From Veleropilina oligotropha (lineage: Eukaryota): a stretch of DNA of 64,000 nucleotides. The DNA lies in assembly GCA_048128005.1 (NCBI GenBank), contig JBEUKZ010000137.1, positions 1 to 64,000 of the forward strand, written 5' to 3'. A program made the translations under genes and the position numbers. The notes under the pieces are model-generated. The model was given only the letters and a program-made list of their open reading frames with translations, was not told where the DNA came from and did no database searches. Below, in pieces: positions 24,089 to 36,295 of the stretch (position 1 is its first letter; the number at the start of each line of letters is the position of its first letter).

Positions 24089-25299
24089 GCAACTGATCAT
24101 TTCATCAACAAAGGGCTGTAGAAACAGTTTCATAGCAGGTTTAGTTTTTCCAAACCAAAGTCCAATAAAGATGTGACAATCACGAGAAAATCTGCAAAGA
24201 AATGGAGTTTAGACTCATCAACATTTATTATCATAAAGATGCTTATTTGAAATAAATGTCTTCTTTATCTATGGTTTAACCATTTTGTTTTCATAACCAG
24301 GAGTGAATTAATTATGACAGAAAATTTCAGCCCCATATCTGCATAATAACAAAAACACTCGGGTCATAGGTTTTTAAGCCAACCCTACTGGTAGTTCTGG
24401 GCGTTAGAATAATCCATACTAGCCACGATATTTAAACCAGAGACCTATTGTACAACTTATCGTTTCTTCTACTCTCTACCTGCTAAATTATTGATTATGG
24501 CTGTTCATGTTTTTTCTTTGAGAAACAAAATTGAGTATTTAATTCACAATACAGATATTGATTGTGACATGCACTATTAACTTTAACAAAATAATATTAT
24601 ACGTGACATGTTACCAAATATTAAAAGCACTTGGATCATCAGTCAAAGAAGTTAATAACCGACGAAGGGTGGGATTCATCATATACCAGTTGTCCATTCA
24701 GTTATCCACCATCAATAATATGGGCAGTACTGATATGATTGTACATAGCTATTATGAGGGAGCATAAGAATCTGTATTTGATCTTGTATTTGTAGATTAA
24801 GCAATGCTATTATTTGCTGCTCTTGTGTATTTTCAACTATACCTTAGACATGGAGGCAGTTCGTTAATAACAGCATACACTGGCCAAACAGAAATCTTGG
24901 AACTTTTTAAAATTGCCACTCCATCTGTATTGATTTGTAGAGACAGATGAACTTCTGATTGTTTTTGTTCCTCTGTTGCTCCATAGAAATACCCGTCAGG
25001 GTCAAAATTCTCTCGATAAAGATTTGCATCATAAACATCTTCGATGTTATCGCTATTTCTCCTGCTCCGATGATTCCTATATTTTAGCGTATTGCTTTCA
25101 ATTCCTGAAAATAAATTGTATTAATAAATCACTGTTTAGACAATGTGATATAAAAAGTAAATAACTAGAACCTAAAATTTCCAATATTAAATTGAACAAG
25201 TGTGACTAGAAAATAGATGGTTGTAATCAATGGGTTCAGTCGAAGTGAGAGCTTATCTATCACTGAAGTGATTATCTACTAATTGAAATACTTTGTTGC

Positions 25300-25607
25300 A
25301 TTTTGACATAATAATGGATACTTCTTATATTGCACCTTTCCATGCACGAATGCTTGGTCAAAGCGCTACATTATTACACCTGGTTATGGGCCTGTTCCAC
25401 TCAATATGCCATCTCAACCCCCTCTGGGAGCATTTCAGTCATGTACACACGGATAGCACCGTGACTTTCATAACTGCCAACCAGGTACCCCTTCAGATCG
25501 GCTGGGTGGACCGAGGCAAATATATGCTTATTTCCTTGCCCAAGTGAAATTGGCGAGCTCGTGGGGCGAACCAGAGTCCTGTGAACAACCCACTGCGCCA
25601 CGACCGC
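25300..25607 (-). mobile_element. tRNA-derived CORE-like SINE
   Basis: Reverse complement of the 60417-60735 SINE (CTTGGGCAAGG...TGCCTCGGTCCACCCAGC...GGGTACCTGG). Confidence 0.7.
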
Positions 25608-26761
25608 ATATAATATATATATATATGTGATACTGAATCATCAAATAAATAGACGCTAAATTAACACAATACCCCATTGTTTTCTTTTGATTTGACATTT
25701 CAGCATCAGCATCTTGATTCTGCTTCGTTGCTTAATTTACCTTCAAATGAAAACTACAAATAGGGTATTGTGTGTATTTATCACCTACTCATTTGATGAT
25801 TCACAATGTAAAATGCAGCAGAAAGTATTTCAATTATTAGATAATCAGTTACTGACAAAATTTTAGCGTGAACGGTTGCATTGGAAGCCTTTGTATATAT
25901 AACGGAAAGTTCCGACTCAAAGTGAAAACCCCGGCCGATTATTTTAATTTTACAAAATCATAATAATAGTTATATATGTATCAAAAAATTTAAAAATACA
26001 ATACATGCCATTACTTTAAACTTTGTTCTTATAAAGTATTGTTTCCGTTAAAAAATATATTTATGTGACTTGTCCATACGGTTTATTTCTATATCTTATA
26101 TTTTATTTCTGGATGCGAAAATCTGTAAACCAGCATAACTTTATGCAAAGAATATATGAAAAGAGTTAGATTAATTGGCGTTAAATCCAATTTTACAGGA
26201 CTGAAGTGTAATCAGCATCTTTAAGTGTCCCCCAGTCGGTTAGGGGTCAGAATATGCCGACTGCTCTCCCTGCAGGGGGTAAGATCCCCCCAAATGGGAG
26301 CCACCTGTTTGCCGTGGGTGGCGACCCGTGATGTTGGAGAAGAGGATCCTGGTAGTTGAGCTTCTGCTTCGGCTGAAGCAACACACTACTTTGGCCTCGG
26401 ATTCAGCTAGACGGGAGGTCAGATAGGCCCTATCTGATCAATCGGCTTGTCACGCCGTGCCCTGGGATAATTTAACATTTTAATATAACATCATTTAAAT
26501 TTTACATTTTAAAACGTCATATCATAGATCACTTACCATCCATTGATCTATATCCCAGAAGGCGGTGGCTGAAGGGTCAATCAAGTGAGGAATGAATGGT
26601 GGGATATACACTTCCCACCACTAATATTCATTCTCTTATTTGAGTATATCACCCGGGTATCCCTGGCATTGGGTGCTGGAACTCCGCACCTGTTAAATTC
26701 CCCCTTGTTGGGCTCCGGGGTGGGCGGGGACCTCGGGTGATGAAACACTAAAACACACAAT

Positions 26762-28336
26762 ATGGCACACCACACTCACGCAATTAAGAGGCGAAAAAAT
26801 AAATTACATGAAATTGATTCTGACGATGATGATGTTAAATATATGGCCGCTATCCGGTCAATCCCATTCGATCCTGAGAGGGAGGCTGAATATAGGCCCG
26901 ACCCTCCACCCCCTGTACCGGAAAGCTGGCCACGATTCTTGACAATCGAGGCACTCGACTCAAATACTCAAATTACTTCTTTGAGTCCCTTCGCCATCTC
27001 CAAGGCCATCCTTGGTCTTGCTGGCGAACGTCGATCAGTGAAGAAACTTCGAGATGGCACCCTGTTGGTCGAATGCGCCAGGAAGAGCCATGCGGAGAAT
27101 CTCCTTAGAACTTCGAAATTTGTCAACATTCCCGTTGAAATTCGACCGCATCGGTCCTTGAACACGTCCAAGGGAGTTATTAGATCTAGGGATCTGCAGG
27201 GATGCAGTGAACAGGAACTGCTGGAAGGCATGAAGAGCCAGGGTGTGACCAAGGTCACACGCCTGACCATGTTTAAAGATGGAAAGAAGATCCCCATCAA
27301 TACCATCATCCTGGACTTCCGCCTTCCTGTTCTACCTAGAACCATTAAAGCAGGTTATATAATCATCCCTGTTGAGCCCTACATCCCAAACCCCTTGAGA
27401 TGCTTCAAATGCCAGGCATTTGGGCATCACAAGGATCGATGCAAAAGGAACTCCGCATGTGCTCGTTGCAGCGAGGAGGGTCACGAGTCTGACTCTTGCT
27501 CCAATCCACCACTATGCTGCAATTGCAAGGGTAAGCATTTTGTTTACTCCAAGGACTGCCCGAAGTGGAAGCATGAGAAAGAAATCCAAAAGGTCAAAAC
27601 TATCGACCGGATCTCTTTCCCTGATGCCAGGAAACTGGTTGAATCCAGGACCACTTCGGGTAAATCCTATGCTGCAATTGCTGCAGCACCGGAGCAAAAG
27701 GCAGTCACTAGATCTTCTTCGACACAAACGGATATCACCTGGCCATTTGGCGAAGCTTTTTTCAGCACTTTGCCATCTCGAAGCAATTTAGCATCTTCAT
27801 CATCAGAATCTAAGCCAATCAAACCAATCAAGCCGTCAAATAAACCCACTCGCAATTCGAAAAAAGAGACTGCTGCCGTTTCAAAAGGAGCAGTCCCAAA
27901 AAGAACAAATATTAAACCAGACAGACAGCCCAAAGGGTCCGATGACCCAATTAAGCTGCATAATCGCCTTGACCATCTGATGGATACCATCGAACCATCA
28001 GATGACCAAAGCGATGCTGACACCATCATCAACGACCTTGCCGCTGACATAGTTGCTGCTGCTACCGAGAAGGGTAGGAAGACAGCAGCAGCAGCATCCA
28101 AAGTAAAGATAAACCGACAGACCAAGGTGGTGGATGATCCACCCCTACCACCACCGTCTGTCAACGATCCAATGGATGAGAGTAAACCATTGGATCGGCC
28201 AGCGGCAAAGCCCATACCTTCAAAAAGCCCGTACTTCCACCAGACAAGTAGTAACATAGTAAAGCAATATACACGAATTACTTACATAAATACAACAACA
28301 CAACATGACAGGTACACTAATACAATGGAATTGTAG
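26762..28336 (+). CDS. A3 ORF1 gag-like protein (3' end extended by a 1-bp deletion near 28225)
   Basis: Three CCHC knuckles; homologous to A1 ORF1. Confidence 0.85.
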   Translation: MAHHTHAIKRRKNKLHEIDSDDDDVKYMAAIRSIPFDPEREAEYRPDPPPPVPESWPRFLTIEALDSNTQITSLSPFAISKAILGLAGERRSVKKLRDGTLLVECARKSHAENLLRTSKFVNIPVEIRPHRSLNTSKGVIRSRDLQGCSEQELLEGMKSQGVTKVTRLTMFKDGKKIPINTIILDFRLPVLPRTIKAGYIIIPVEPYIPNPLRCFKCQAFGHHKDRCKRNSACARCSEEGHESDSCSNPPLCCNCKGKHFVYSKDCPKWKHEKEIQKVKTIDRISFPDARKLVESRTTSGKSYAAIAAAPEQKAVTRSSSTQTDITWPFGEAFFSTLPSRSNLASSSSESKPIKPIKPSNKPTRNSKKETAAVSKGAVPKRTNIKPDRQPKGSDDPIKLHNRLDHLMDTIEPSDDQSDADTIINDLAADIVAAATEKGRKTAAAASKVKINRQTKVVDDPPLPPPSVNDPMDESKPLDRPAAKPIPSKSPYFHQTSSNIVKQYTRITYINTTTQHDRYTNTMEL

Positions 28337-30691
28337 AGGCATGAAACCGAATATTGATGAGATCAATTTACTTATACAAGACCACAAACCAATAGCATTT
28401 TGTCTCAATGAAACTCACAGACAACATACGCATTAAAGACCACTCACTATATAATCACATTGTCACCACAGGTGACAAGGCTACAGGGGGGGTTTCAATC
28501 ATCGTCAACAACAGAACACCACATAGCCAGGTCAACTTAAACACCAACTTACAGGCAGTAGCGGTGAAAATATCAACTCACCGAGTGATAACTATCTGCT
28601 CGGTATACTTACCACCTAGCATAAACGTACATCCTACCGACCTTGACGATCTCATCAATCAGCTACCGACCCCATTTGTACTGTGTGGCGATTTTAACGC
28701 CCATAGTACTGATTGGGGCGGTACTGACACAGATAAACGGGGACATCAAATAGAGGACTTTATTGGGAGACACAATTTGTGCCTATTTAATACTACCAAA
28801 TCGCCAACATACATGCATCCACCTACAGGCTCACTTACCACCATTGACCTTACCATGTGCGACCCATCTGCTTTCCTGGACTTTACTTGGAAAGTTGGTG
28901 AGGACCTCCGCGGAAGCGACCACTTTCCAATTTTCCTGGAAAGCACAATTAACCAAGCACAAATATACACTGAAAGTTGGAAACTTCGCAAAGCAGATTG
29001 GCCAAAATTCCAATCTCTTTGCGAAGAGCAATTACACCCAGACCACTTAACTAATGGCGAAGACCCAATATCAAGTTTCTCTATAACATTACATGACCTT
29101 GCAAAGCTATCAATTCCAAAGACCTGTCCAAATGCCAAACACAAAAATAAACCTTGGTTTAATGAAGACTGCAGACAAAGCAATCAAAGCATGCATACAC
29201 GCAATTTAAACAGCACCCAACACTACACAATCGTAATAGCTTTACGCTATTAAGAGCAAAAGCCAGACGTACCATCAAGCAAAGCAAAAGGGAATCCTGG
29301 CATTCCTACGTTACCAAACTAAACTCTCGTTCCACTATTAAAAAAACATGGGATATGATCCGTAAAGTTAGTGGCAAACATACACCTAACTGCATCAAGC
29401 ACCTTAAAACAACCAATTCAGAAGCCAACACAGCTAAAGACATTGCAAACACCTTGGCACACATTTTCTGCCAATTCAGCATCCGACAACTGCACTCCAA
29501 AATTCAGCCGTTTAAACATCAAAAAGAAAAAACAAGGCTCAATTTTAGATCAATTAATACAGAGTCATACAACCAACCATTTTCACACAAGGAACTCACA
29601 GATTCACTAAGCAAGGCACATGACACATCAGTTGGCCCTGATGACATTCACTATCAATTACTTAAGCACTTACCCGGAACATCACTTACAACTCTACTTG
29701 CAATACTCAATACTATCTGGGAAACTGGAACCTTCCCTCCCTCGTGGAGGGAAGCTATTATTATCCCAATTGCAAAGGCAGGGAAAGATACATCACATCC
29801 TAACAGTTATCGACCCATAGCCCTGACGAGTTGTATTTGTAAAACCATGGAACGGATGATAAACGAGAGATTAGTTTGGTACTTAGAATCAAATAATTTA
29901 CTTACAGAATATCAAAGTGGGTTCCGGCGCAACCGGAGCACCACAGATCACTTGGTACGTCTGGAAACGTTTGTTCGTGAGGCCTTCCTAAACAGACAAC
30001 ATTTAGTTGCTGTTTTTTCGATCTAGAGAAGGCCTACGACACTACTTGGAAGTACGGGATTATGAAGGATTTGTTTGATTTTGGTTTAAAGGGCCACTTG
30101 CCAAATTTTATTTCAAAATTCCTTGAGGATAGAAATTTCAAAGTCAAGGTGGGTGACACCCTCTCCGATATCCACGACCAGGAGATGGGTGTCCCTCAAG
30201 GAAGTATTTTATCAGTCACCCTATTCAGTATGAAGATCAACAGTATCGTCAAATGTATTAGTACTGGCACTGACTGTTCATTATTTGTTGACGATTTTGG
30301 CATTTGCTATCGTTCAACAAATATGAACATTATAGAACGTCAGCTACAACATGGCCTAAACAAATTACAGATATGGTCCGATGAGAACGGATTTAAATTC
30401 TCAAAGGACAAAACTAAATGCATGCACTTCTGCCAGCGTCGTGAAATACATGACGACCCTGTGTTGAAGCTGGATGACTTTGAGATTCCAGTGGTAGATC
30501 AATTTAAATTTTTAGGCTTTGTATTTGACCGAAAACTGTCTTTCATACCTCATATAAAATACATCAAAGCCAAATGTAAAAAGGCTTTAAATATAATGAA
30601 AGTAGTTTCTAATACTGAATGGGGTGCTGATAAAAAAGTTTGATTACGCCTTTACAGATCATTAATTAGATCAAAACTTGATTATGGGAGC

Positions 30692-30767
30692 GGGGCTCGA
30701 TGTTGTGCGCCTCCTCGTGGTGGGCCCTGGATAGGGGAACGCAAGTTCCCTGAACAAAACGCACAAC
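30692..30767 (+). ncRNA. HDV-like self-cleaving ribozyme at the exact 5' end of family B
   Basis: P1 GGGGCUC/GGGCCCU (G1-U wobble), P2 GUUGUGC/GCACAAC, P3 GCC/GGU, L3 UCCUCGU, P1.1 CC/GG, P4 GGGGAAC-GCAA-GUUCCCU, J4/2 GAA-C30755-AAAAC. Confidence 0.85.
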
Positions 30768-31288
30768 CAGGTCGTTTGCCGTGACCTGCGACCTACTGTC
30801 GAGGGAGAGTGGGATCCTGGTGGTTGAGGGTCAAAGATGCTGGTACTACCCGTCTTTGACCCAACACACCACTTTGGCCCATGATTCCTCTAGAGTGGTA
30901 GATGGATGGGCCCGGTCCATTCAATCGGCTGGTAACGCCATGCCCTAGATTGCAGGCAACATAGTTATATGCCACTGTTTTAACATCTATCATTTTGGCA
31001 AGTAACTCAAGTTTATTATCATCATAAACTATCATTCATAATTGTATATATATACTGTAAATAGTTTGGCCTGTAGTATAGAAGGCGGTTGCTCATGGGT
31101 CAATCTGGTATTATTGACCGCTTAGATCTTTGGGTTTCATCTAAAGCTTCTAATGTTAATAATAATGGAGTATAATGCATCTGCACCCCCGGTGTCTGCC
31201 TGCCGGTTACCAGCAGGCTTATGGACATCGCCCTTGTTGGCACTCCATGGTGGGTGGGGGCCAGATGCATTGAATTATACAACACAAT

Positions 31289-32629
31289 ATGGCTAAACCC
31301 ACAACAACCAAAAGATCGAGACAAGATTCGCCATCCTCGTCTGACGAAGATGGCAATCAAAATACTTACAATGCGACAAACTGGCCGAGGTTCTTACTTC
31401 TGTCAGGTATTGAAGGTAATCAAGCAAAGAATACGGTCCCGAAAAATCCCTTTCTAATAGCAAAAACGATAGAAAGTATTGCTGGCACTGTAAAAAATGT
31501 TAAACGATTGAGAGACGGAAGCCTCCTTATCGAATGTAATAAGAGGCAACAGTCTCTCAATCTTTTAAAGATAGAAACTTTCGCGAACGCAGCAGTGCAC
31601 GTCCAACCGCACTCGTATCTCAATACATCAAAAGGGATTTTAAGGGATCGAGATCGATGCCTTCAATATCTGACAGAACGTGAAATCGAATCTGAGTTGG
31701 AGGATCAGGGTATTGTACACGTTAAACGCTTTATTGTTACTAAAGACAATAACAAAATTCCAACAAATACCTACCTCATGACATTTTCATCTTCAACACG
31801 CCCAAAACATATCATTGCTGGTTACAATCGCATCGAAGTGGATACATACTATCCAAATCCACTTCGATGCTTTAGATGCCAAAAATATGGTCACGGATCA
31901 AACAATTGCACTAATATGGAGAGGTGTTTCCGCTGTGGAAGCGACGAACACACGAGTGGTAATATATACAAATGCGAAGCCCAGCCAAAGTGTGTAAACT
32001 GTGATGGGGAGCACCATGCTGCCTCCAAACAGTGTCCAAAGTGGATTTATGAGTCTAAAATAACACGATTGAAAACAGATCGCAATATTTCATATCCTGA
32101 GGCTAGAAAACTCTTATCATCTGAGTCAGCCCAATCGTTTTCATCTGTTGTTCGTTCATTGGTCCAAAAGCAGACAATTACCACCACTTCTGCTGCTTGT
32201 CAGACAGATTTGACATGGATCTCCAATGAACGACCAACAAGATTGAAGAACCCAAATCCACCCTCCACAGCGAAAACATCTCAAGCATCATCACAAACCA
32301 ATAGCAATCACCCTGATACTCCAACTCAAAGCACTTCTGAAACATCAAATACTAATCACTCGCATTCTCATTCTAGATCTCGATCATCTACTCCTACGAA
32401 ATCATTGTCACAGCCCGACTCATCTCGGAATAATTCAAACCGATCGAGGAAAAAGTCTCCCACTTCAGGGAGAAAGCCCCAGTCAGGGCGTACCAAAAAG
32501 GGTGAAGACGACCCACTTAAATTACAGAATAGGTTTGAATATTTAGAAGACATGGAGTTTGAGGAACCTCGTCAACATCGATCCAAAGAACGTAGGTCTC
32601 CCATCAAACCCCCGAACTCCAATTCATGA
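31289..32629 (+). CDS. Family B ORF1 gag-like protein (446 aa, three CCHC knuckles, S/T/R-rich C-terminus)
   Basis: NWPRFL, YYPNPLRCFRCQKYGH, CFRCGSDEH, CVNCDGEH..CPKW; ends ...SPIKPPNSNS. Confidence 0.92.
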   Translation: MAKPTTTKRSRQDSPSSSDEDGNQNTYNATNWPRFLLLSGIEGNQAKNTVPKNPFLIAKTIESIAGTVKNVKRLRDGSLLIECNKRQQSLNLLKIETFANAAVHVQPHSYLNTSKGILRDRDRCLQYLTEREIESELEDQGIVHVKRFIVTKDNNKIPTNTYLMTFSSSTRPKHIIAGYNRIEVDTYYPNPLRCFRCQKYGHGSNNCTNMERCFRCGSDEHTSGNIYKCEAQPKCVNCDGEHHAASKQCPKWIYESKITRLKTDRNISYPEARKLLSSESAQSFSSVVRSLVQKQTITTTSAACQTDLTWISNERPTRLKNPNPPSTAKTSQASSQTNSNHPDTPTQSTSETSNTNHSHSHSRSRSSTPTKSLSQPDSSRNNSNRSRKKSPTSGRKPQSGRTKKGEDDPLKLQNRFEYLEDMEFEEPRQHRSKERRSPIKPPNSNS

Positions 32630-35600
32630 ATACACACATTATACAGTGGAACTGTAGAGGATTTAACACAAATTTTAGTGACATCCAATTACTGGCACAG
32701 GATTTTAAACCATCAGCTTTCTGTTTACAGGAAACATATTTTAAAAACACATCTTATTAATTTTAGAGGGTATGAGCCTTACCACAGATATGGGCCCCAA
32801 GGTGACAAAGTAACAGGCGGATCATCTATATTCGTTCGGCAAGGTATAATGCATAGTCCTGTTGACCTTACGACCAACTTGCAAGCAGTTGCTACCCGTA
32901 TTACCTTGCATGTAGCTTTTACCCTATGCTCATTATATATCCCACCTTCAACCAGGCTTACACCAGCTGATATACAAGATTTATATGATCAACTTCCTAA
33001 GCCATGTATAATCATGGGTGACTTTAACGGTCACAGTCCTCTTTGGGGGAGCAACACCTCAAATGACAAAGGAAGGATCATAGAAAACTTACTATCAAAT
33101 AATGATCTGTGTTTTTTTAATAATGGTACAAATACTTACTTGCACCCCGCCACAGGATCGTATTCAGCACTCGATCTTACACTAACAAGTGCAAATTTGT
33201 TGGATGAATTTTCATGGTCAGTCCACGATGACCTCTGTGGAAGTGACCATTTCCCGATTATACTCAAATCTGTGACACCCGATGGCCATGTACCATTATC
33301 AAGATGGAATTTCTCAAAAGCCGACTGGCTTACTTATCACACCTTGTGTGAAACTACAATAAAATCCGAGCATTTCGAAGTCAATGATCCTATTAAGGCA
33401 TTTTCAGATGCTCTCATTGACATCGCAAATAAAACTATACCAAAATCCTCTGCAGTTCCACATATACGTAAACCATGGTTCAACGACGACTGTAAGCAGG
33501 CTAGAAAAAAAAGAAAGAAAGCCGCAAAACATTTCTATAAATATCCAACTACAGACAATCTTGATGCTCTTAAACGTGCTTCGGCTGTTGCCAAACGCAC
33601 GTTTAAGGCATCAAGGCATGAATCATGGCGAAATTTTGTTTCCAAAATAAACAGTAGAACGCCCATTACCAAAGTGTGGAATATGGTGAAGCGAATCAAA
33701 GGAAAAGGTTCAAGCAATTCCTTTCACCATCTTAAGCAAGATGACACACTTATCACTAGCAAGCTTGATGTGGCAAATAAATTGGGCGAAACTCTGGAAA
33801 ATAATTCTTCATCGAAGAATTACTTGCCAGAGTTCCAGAAATACCAAAAAACTCAAGAGAAGCAGAAAGTAAACTTCCTTTCGGCTAATTCCGAAAATTA
33901 CAACGATGAATTTTCTGTGACAGAATTACTGACTGCTCTTAGCAAATCCCACGATACGGCTGCTGGTCCTGATGAGATCCACTACCAGCTTCTCAAGCAT
34001 TTACCAAGCTCATGTTTGGATGTTTTGTTGGATATTTTCAACCATATTTGGTCGACAGGTGATTTTCCACCTTCATGGCATCATGCCATAGTTATTCCCT
34101 TACCCAAACCTGGAAAAGATCCTACAGATCCGTCGAATTATCGACCAATATCGTTAACTAGCTGCATATGTAAAACCATGGAGCGCATGATTAATGATCG
34201 CCTTGTTTGGTTTTTAGAATCAAACAATCTTATTAGTGATATCCAGTGTGGATTCCGTAAAAACCACAGCACAGTCGATCATCTTATAAGACTGGAGTCT
34301 TATATTAAAGATGCCTTTGTTAATGGCGACCATGTTGTATCGATCTTTTTCGACTTAGAAAAGGCTTACGATACAACATGGAAGCATGGAATTTTAAAAG
34401 ATCTTCACTCATTGGGATTAAGAGGGCGTTTACCCCTCTTCATTTCTCAATTCTTAAAAGATAGACAATTCCAAGTACGTTTAGGTTCCACCTTATCCGA
34501 TTACTACGATCAGGATCAAGGGGTTCCACAAGGAAGTATTTTATCTGTTACACTTTTTAGTATTAAAATTAACAGCCTGTCAAAAGTTTTAAATGATTCC
34601 ATTGATGGATCATTATTTGTAGATGATTTTGGCATATCCTGTCGCGGCAGACATATGCAAACCATTGAACGACAATTACAACTATGTCTTAACAGGATAA
34701 CGAAATGGTCACATGAAAATGGATTTAAATTTTCAAAGAGCAAAACAAACTGTGTACACTTTTGTAAGAACTACCGATGCCATGCTGTCCCAAATCTTGC
34801 TTTAAATGGAACCCCCATTAAGGTGGTAGATGAAGTAAAATTTCTAGGACTTATTCTCGATCGTCGACTTACGTTTAAACCACATATAACGTACCTTAGA
34901 AATAAGTGCCTAAAAGCTATGAACCTTATAAAAGTAATTGCAAACACAAAGTGGGGAGGAGATCAGAAGACCCTCCTCAACTTATACAGATCACTAATTA
35001 GATCTAAACTAGACTATGGATCCATTGTATACAACGGGGCAAGTAATTCGACTCTGAAATTGTTGGATCCTATTCATCATCAAGGTTTAAGGCTATCGAT
35101 GGGAGCGTTTAGAACGTCTCCTAAAGAGAGTCTATATGTTGAATCTGATGAACCACCTCTCAGCCAAAGGAGGATTAAACTATCTCTTCAGTACGCTATT
35201 AAACTCTACGCAAATCCTATAAATCCAGCATATAGTTGTGTGTTCCAACCACAATACGAACACAAATTTCTAGATAAACCTAAGCTAGTCCCACCTCTTG
35301 GCATTCGGATAAAACCTCATATAAATGCCGCTAATATCGATCTTGATCTTATTACAACTATTCGTCTCTCTGATATCCCTCCATGGCAATTAAAATTGCC
35401 AAGGGTCGACTTATCTTTAACAAAATTTGCTAAATCTGACACAAACGAAGCTGTTTACAAACAGGAATATGGTATTATCCGCTGCAAATATGACACCCAT
35501 CGATCAATTTTCACTGATGGGTCCAAGGATGGGGACAAGGTTTCTTGTGCCACCATAATTGGATCCAGAAGTATTACTCATAAACTTCCTGCTCCATGTT

Positions 35601-36295
35601 CTATTTTCACTGCCGAAGCCAAAGCGATTCTAACTGCTGTGCAATATATCCAACGTTCCCAAGCAAATAATTATATTATATTTACTGATTCTTTATCTGT
35701 CTTACAGGCCCTTCAACAACATTCCCCTACTAATGAACTGATTTTGAAAATTATTGAACTCAACCACAGTATCACTGATCGAGATATTGTGTTTTGTTGG
35801 GTTCCGAGTCATGTGGGTATAGCTGGAAATAATTTAGCCGATGCAGCTGCTAAAGAAGCATTAAATAAAGAAAATATATATCCTTTACAAACTGTATATA
35901 CTGATTTTAAACCGGCCATTTTACATTACATCCGAAAACTATTTCAAAATTTATGGGTTACTCAAATTTATAATAAATTATTTCAACTTAAACCTAATAT
36001 TGGCTACACACATTTAGACGTATCATCCCGATTCGAGCAAGCAATCGTAAGGCGAATTCGAATCGGGCACACTCGGCTAACCCACGAATACGTACTGAAA
36101 GGGGAAGATCCACCAGTATGCATCTCTTGTGATGAGCAGCTCACAATCAAGCACCTCTTGCTTGATTGTGGTGAGTACGCTCACATAAGAGATTCTTATT
36201 TTACAGCATCAAATCTTAAAGACCTTTTTAATAATACTGGGGGACCATGCATTTTATCATTTATTAGAGCCAATGGTTTAATTAATAAATTATGA
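32626..36295 (+). CDS. Family B ORF2 APE-RT-RNase H-CCHC; single frameshift near 32745
   Basis: ATG 32626 gives MNTHIIQWNCRG...FCLQETYFKNT, then the frame switches to HLINFRGY... which is open to 36295 with all APE, RT (FVDD) and RNase H motifs. Confidence 0.9.

Noticed and set aside
32735..32760. Programmed ribosomal frameshift in family B ORF2
   Set aside because: It needs a +1/-2 shift, there is no in-frame X XXY YYZ heptamer, and family A is continuous here; a simple indel is more parsimonious.
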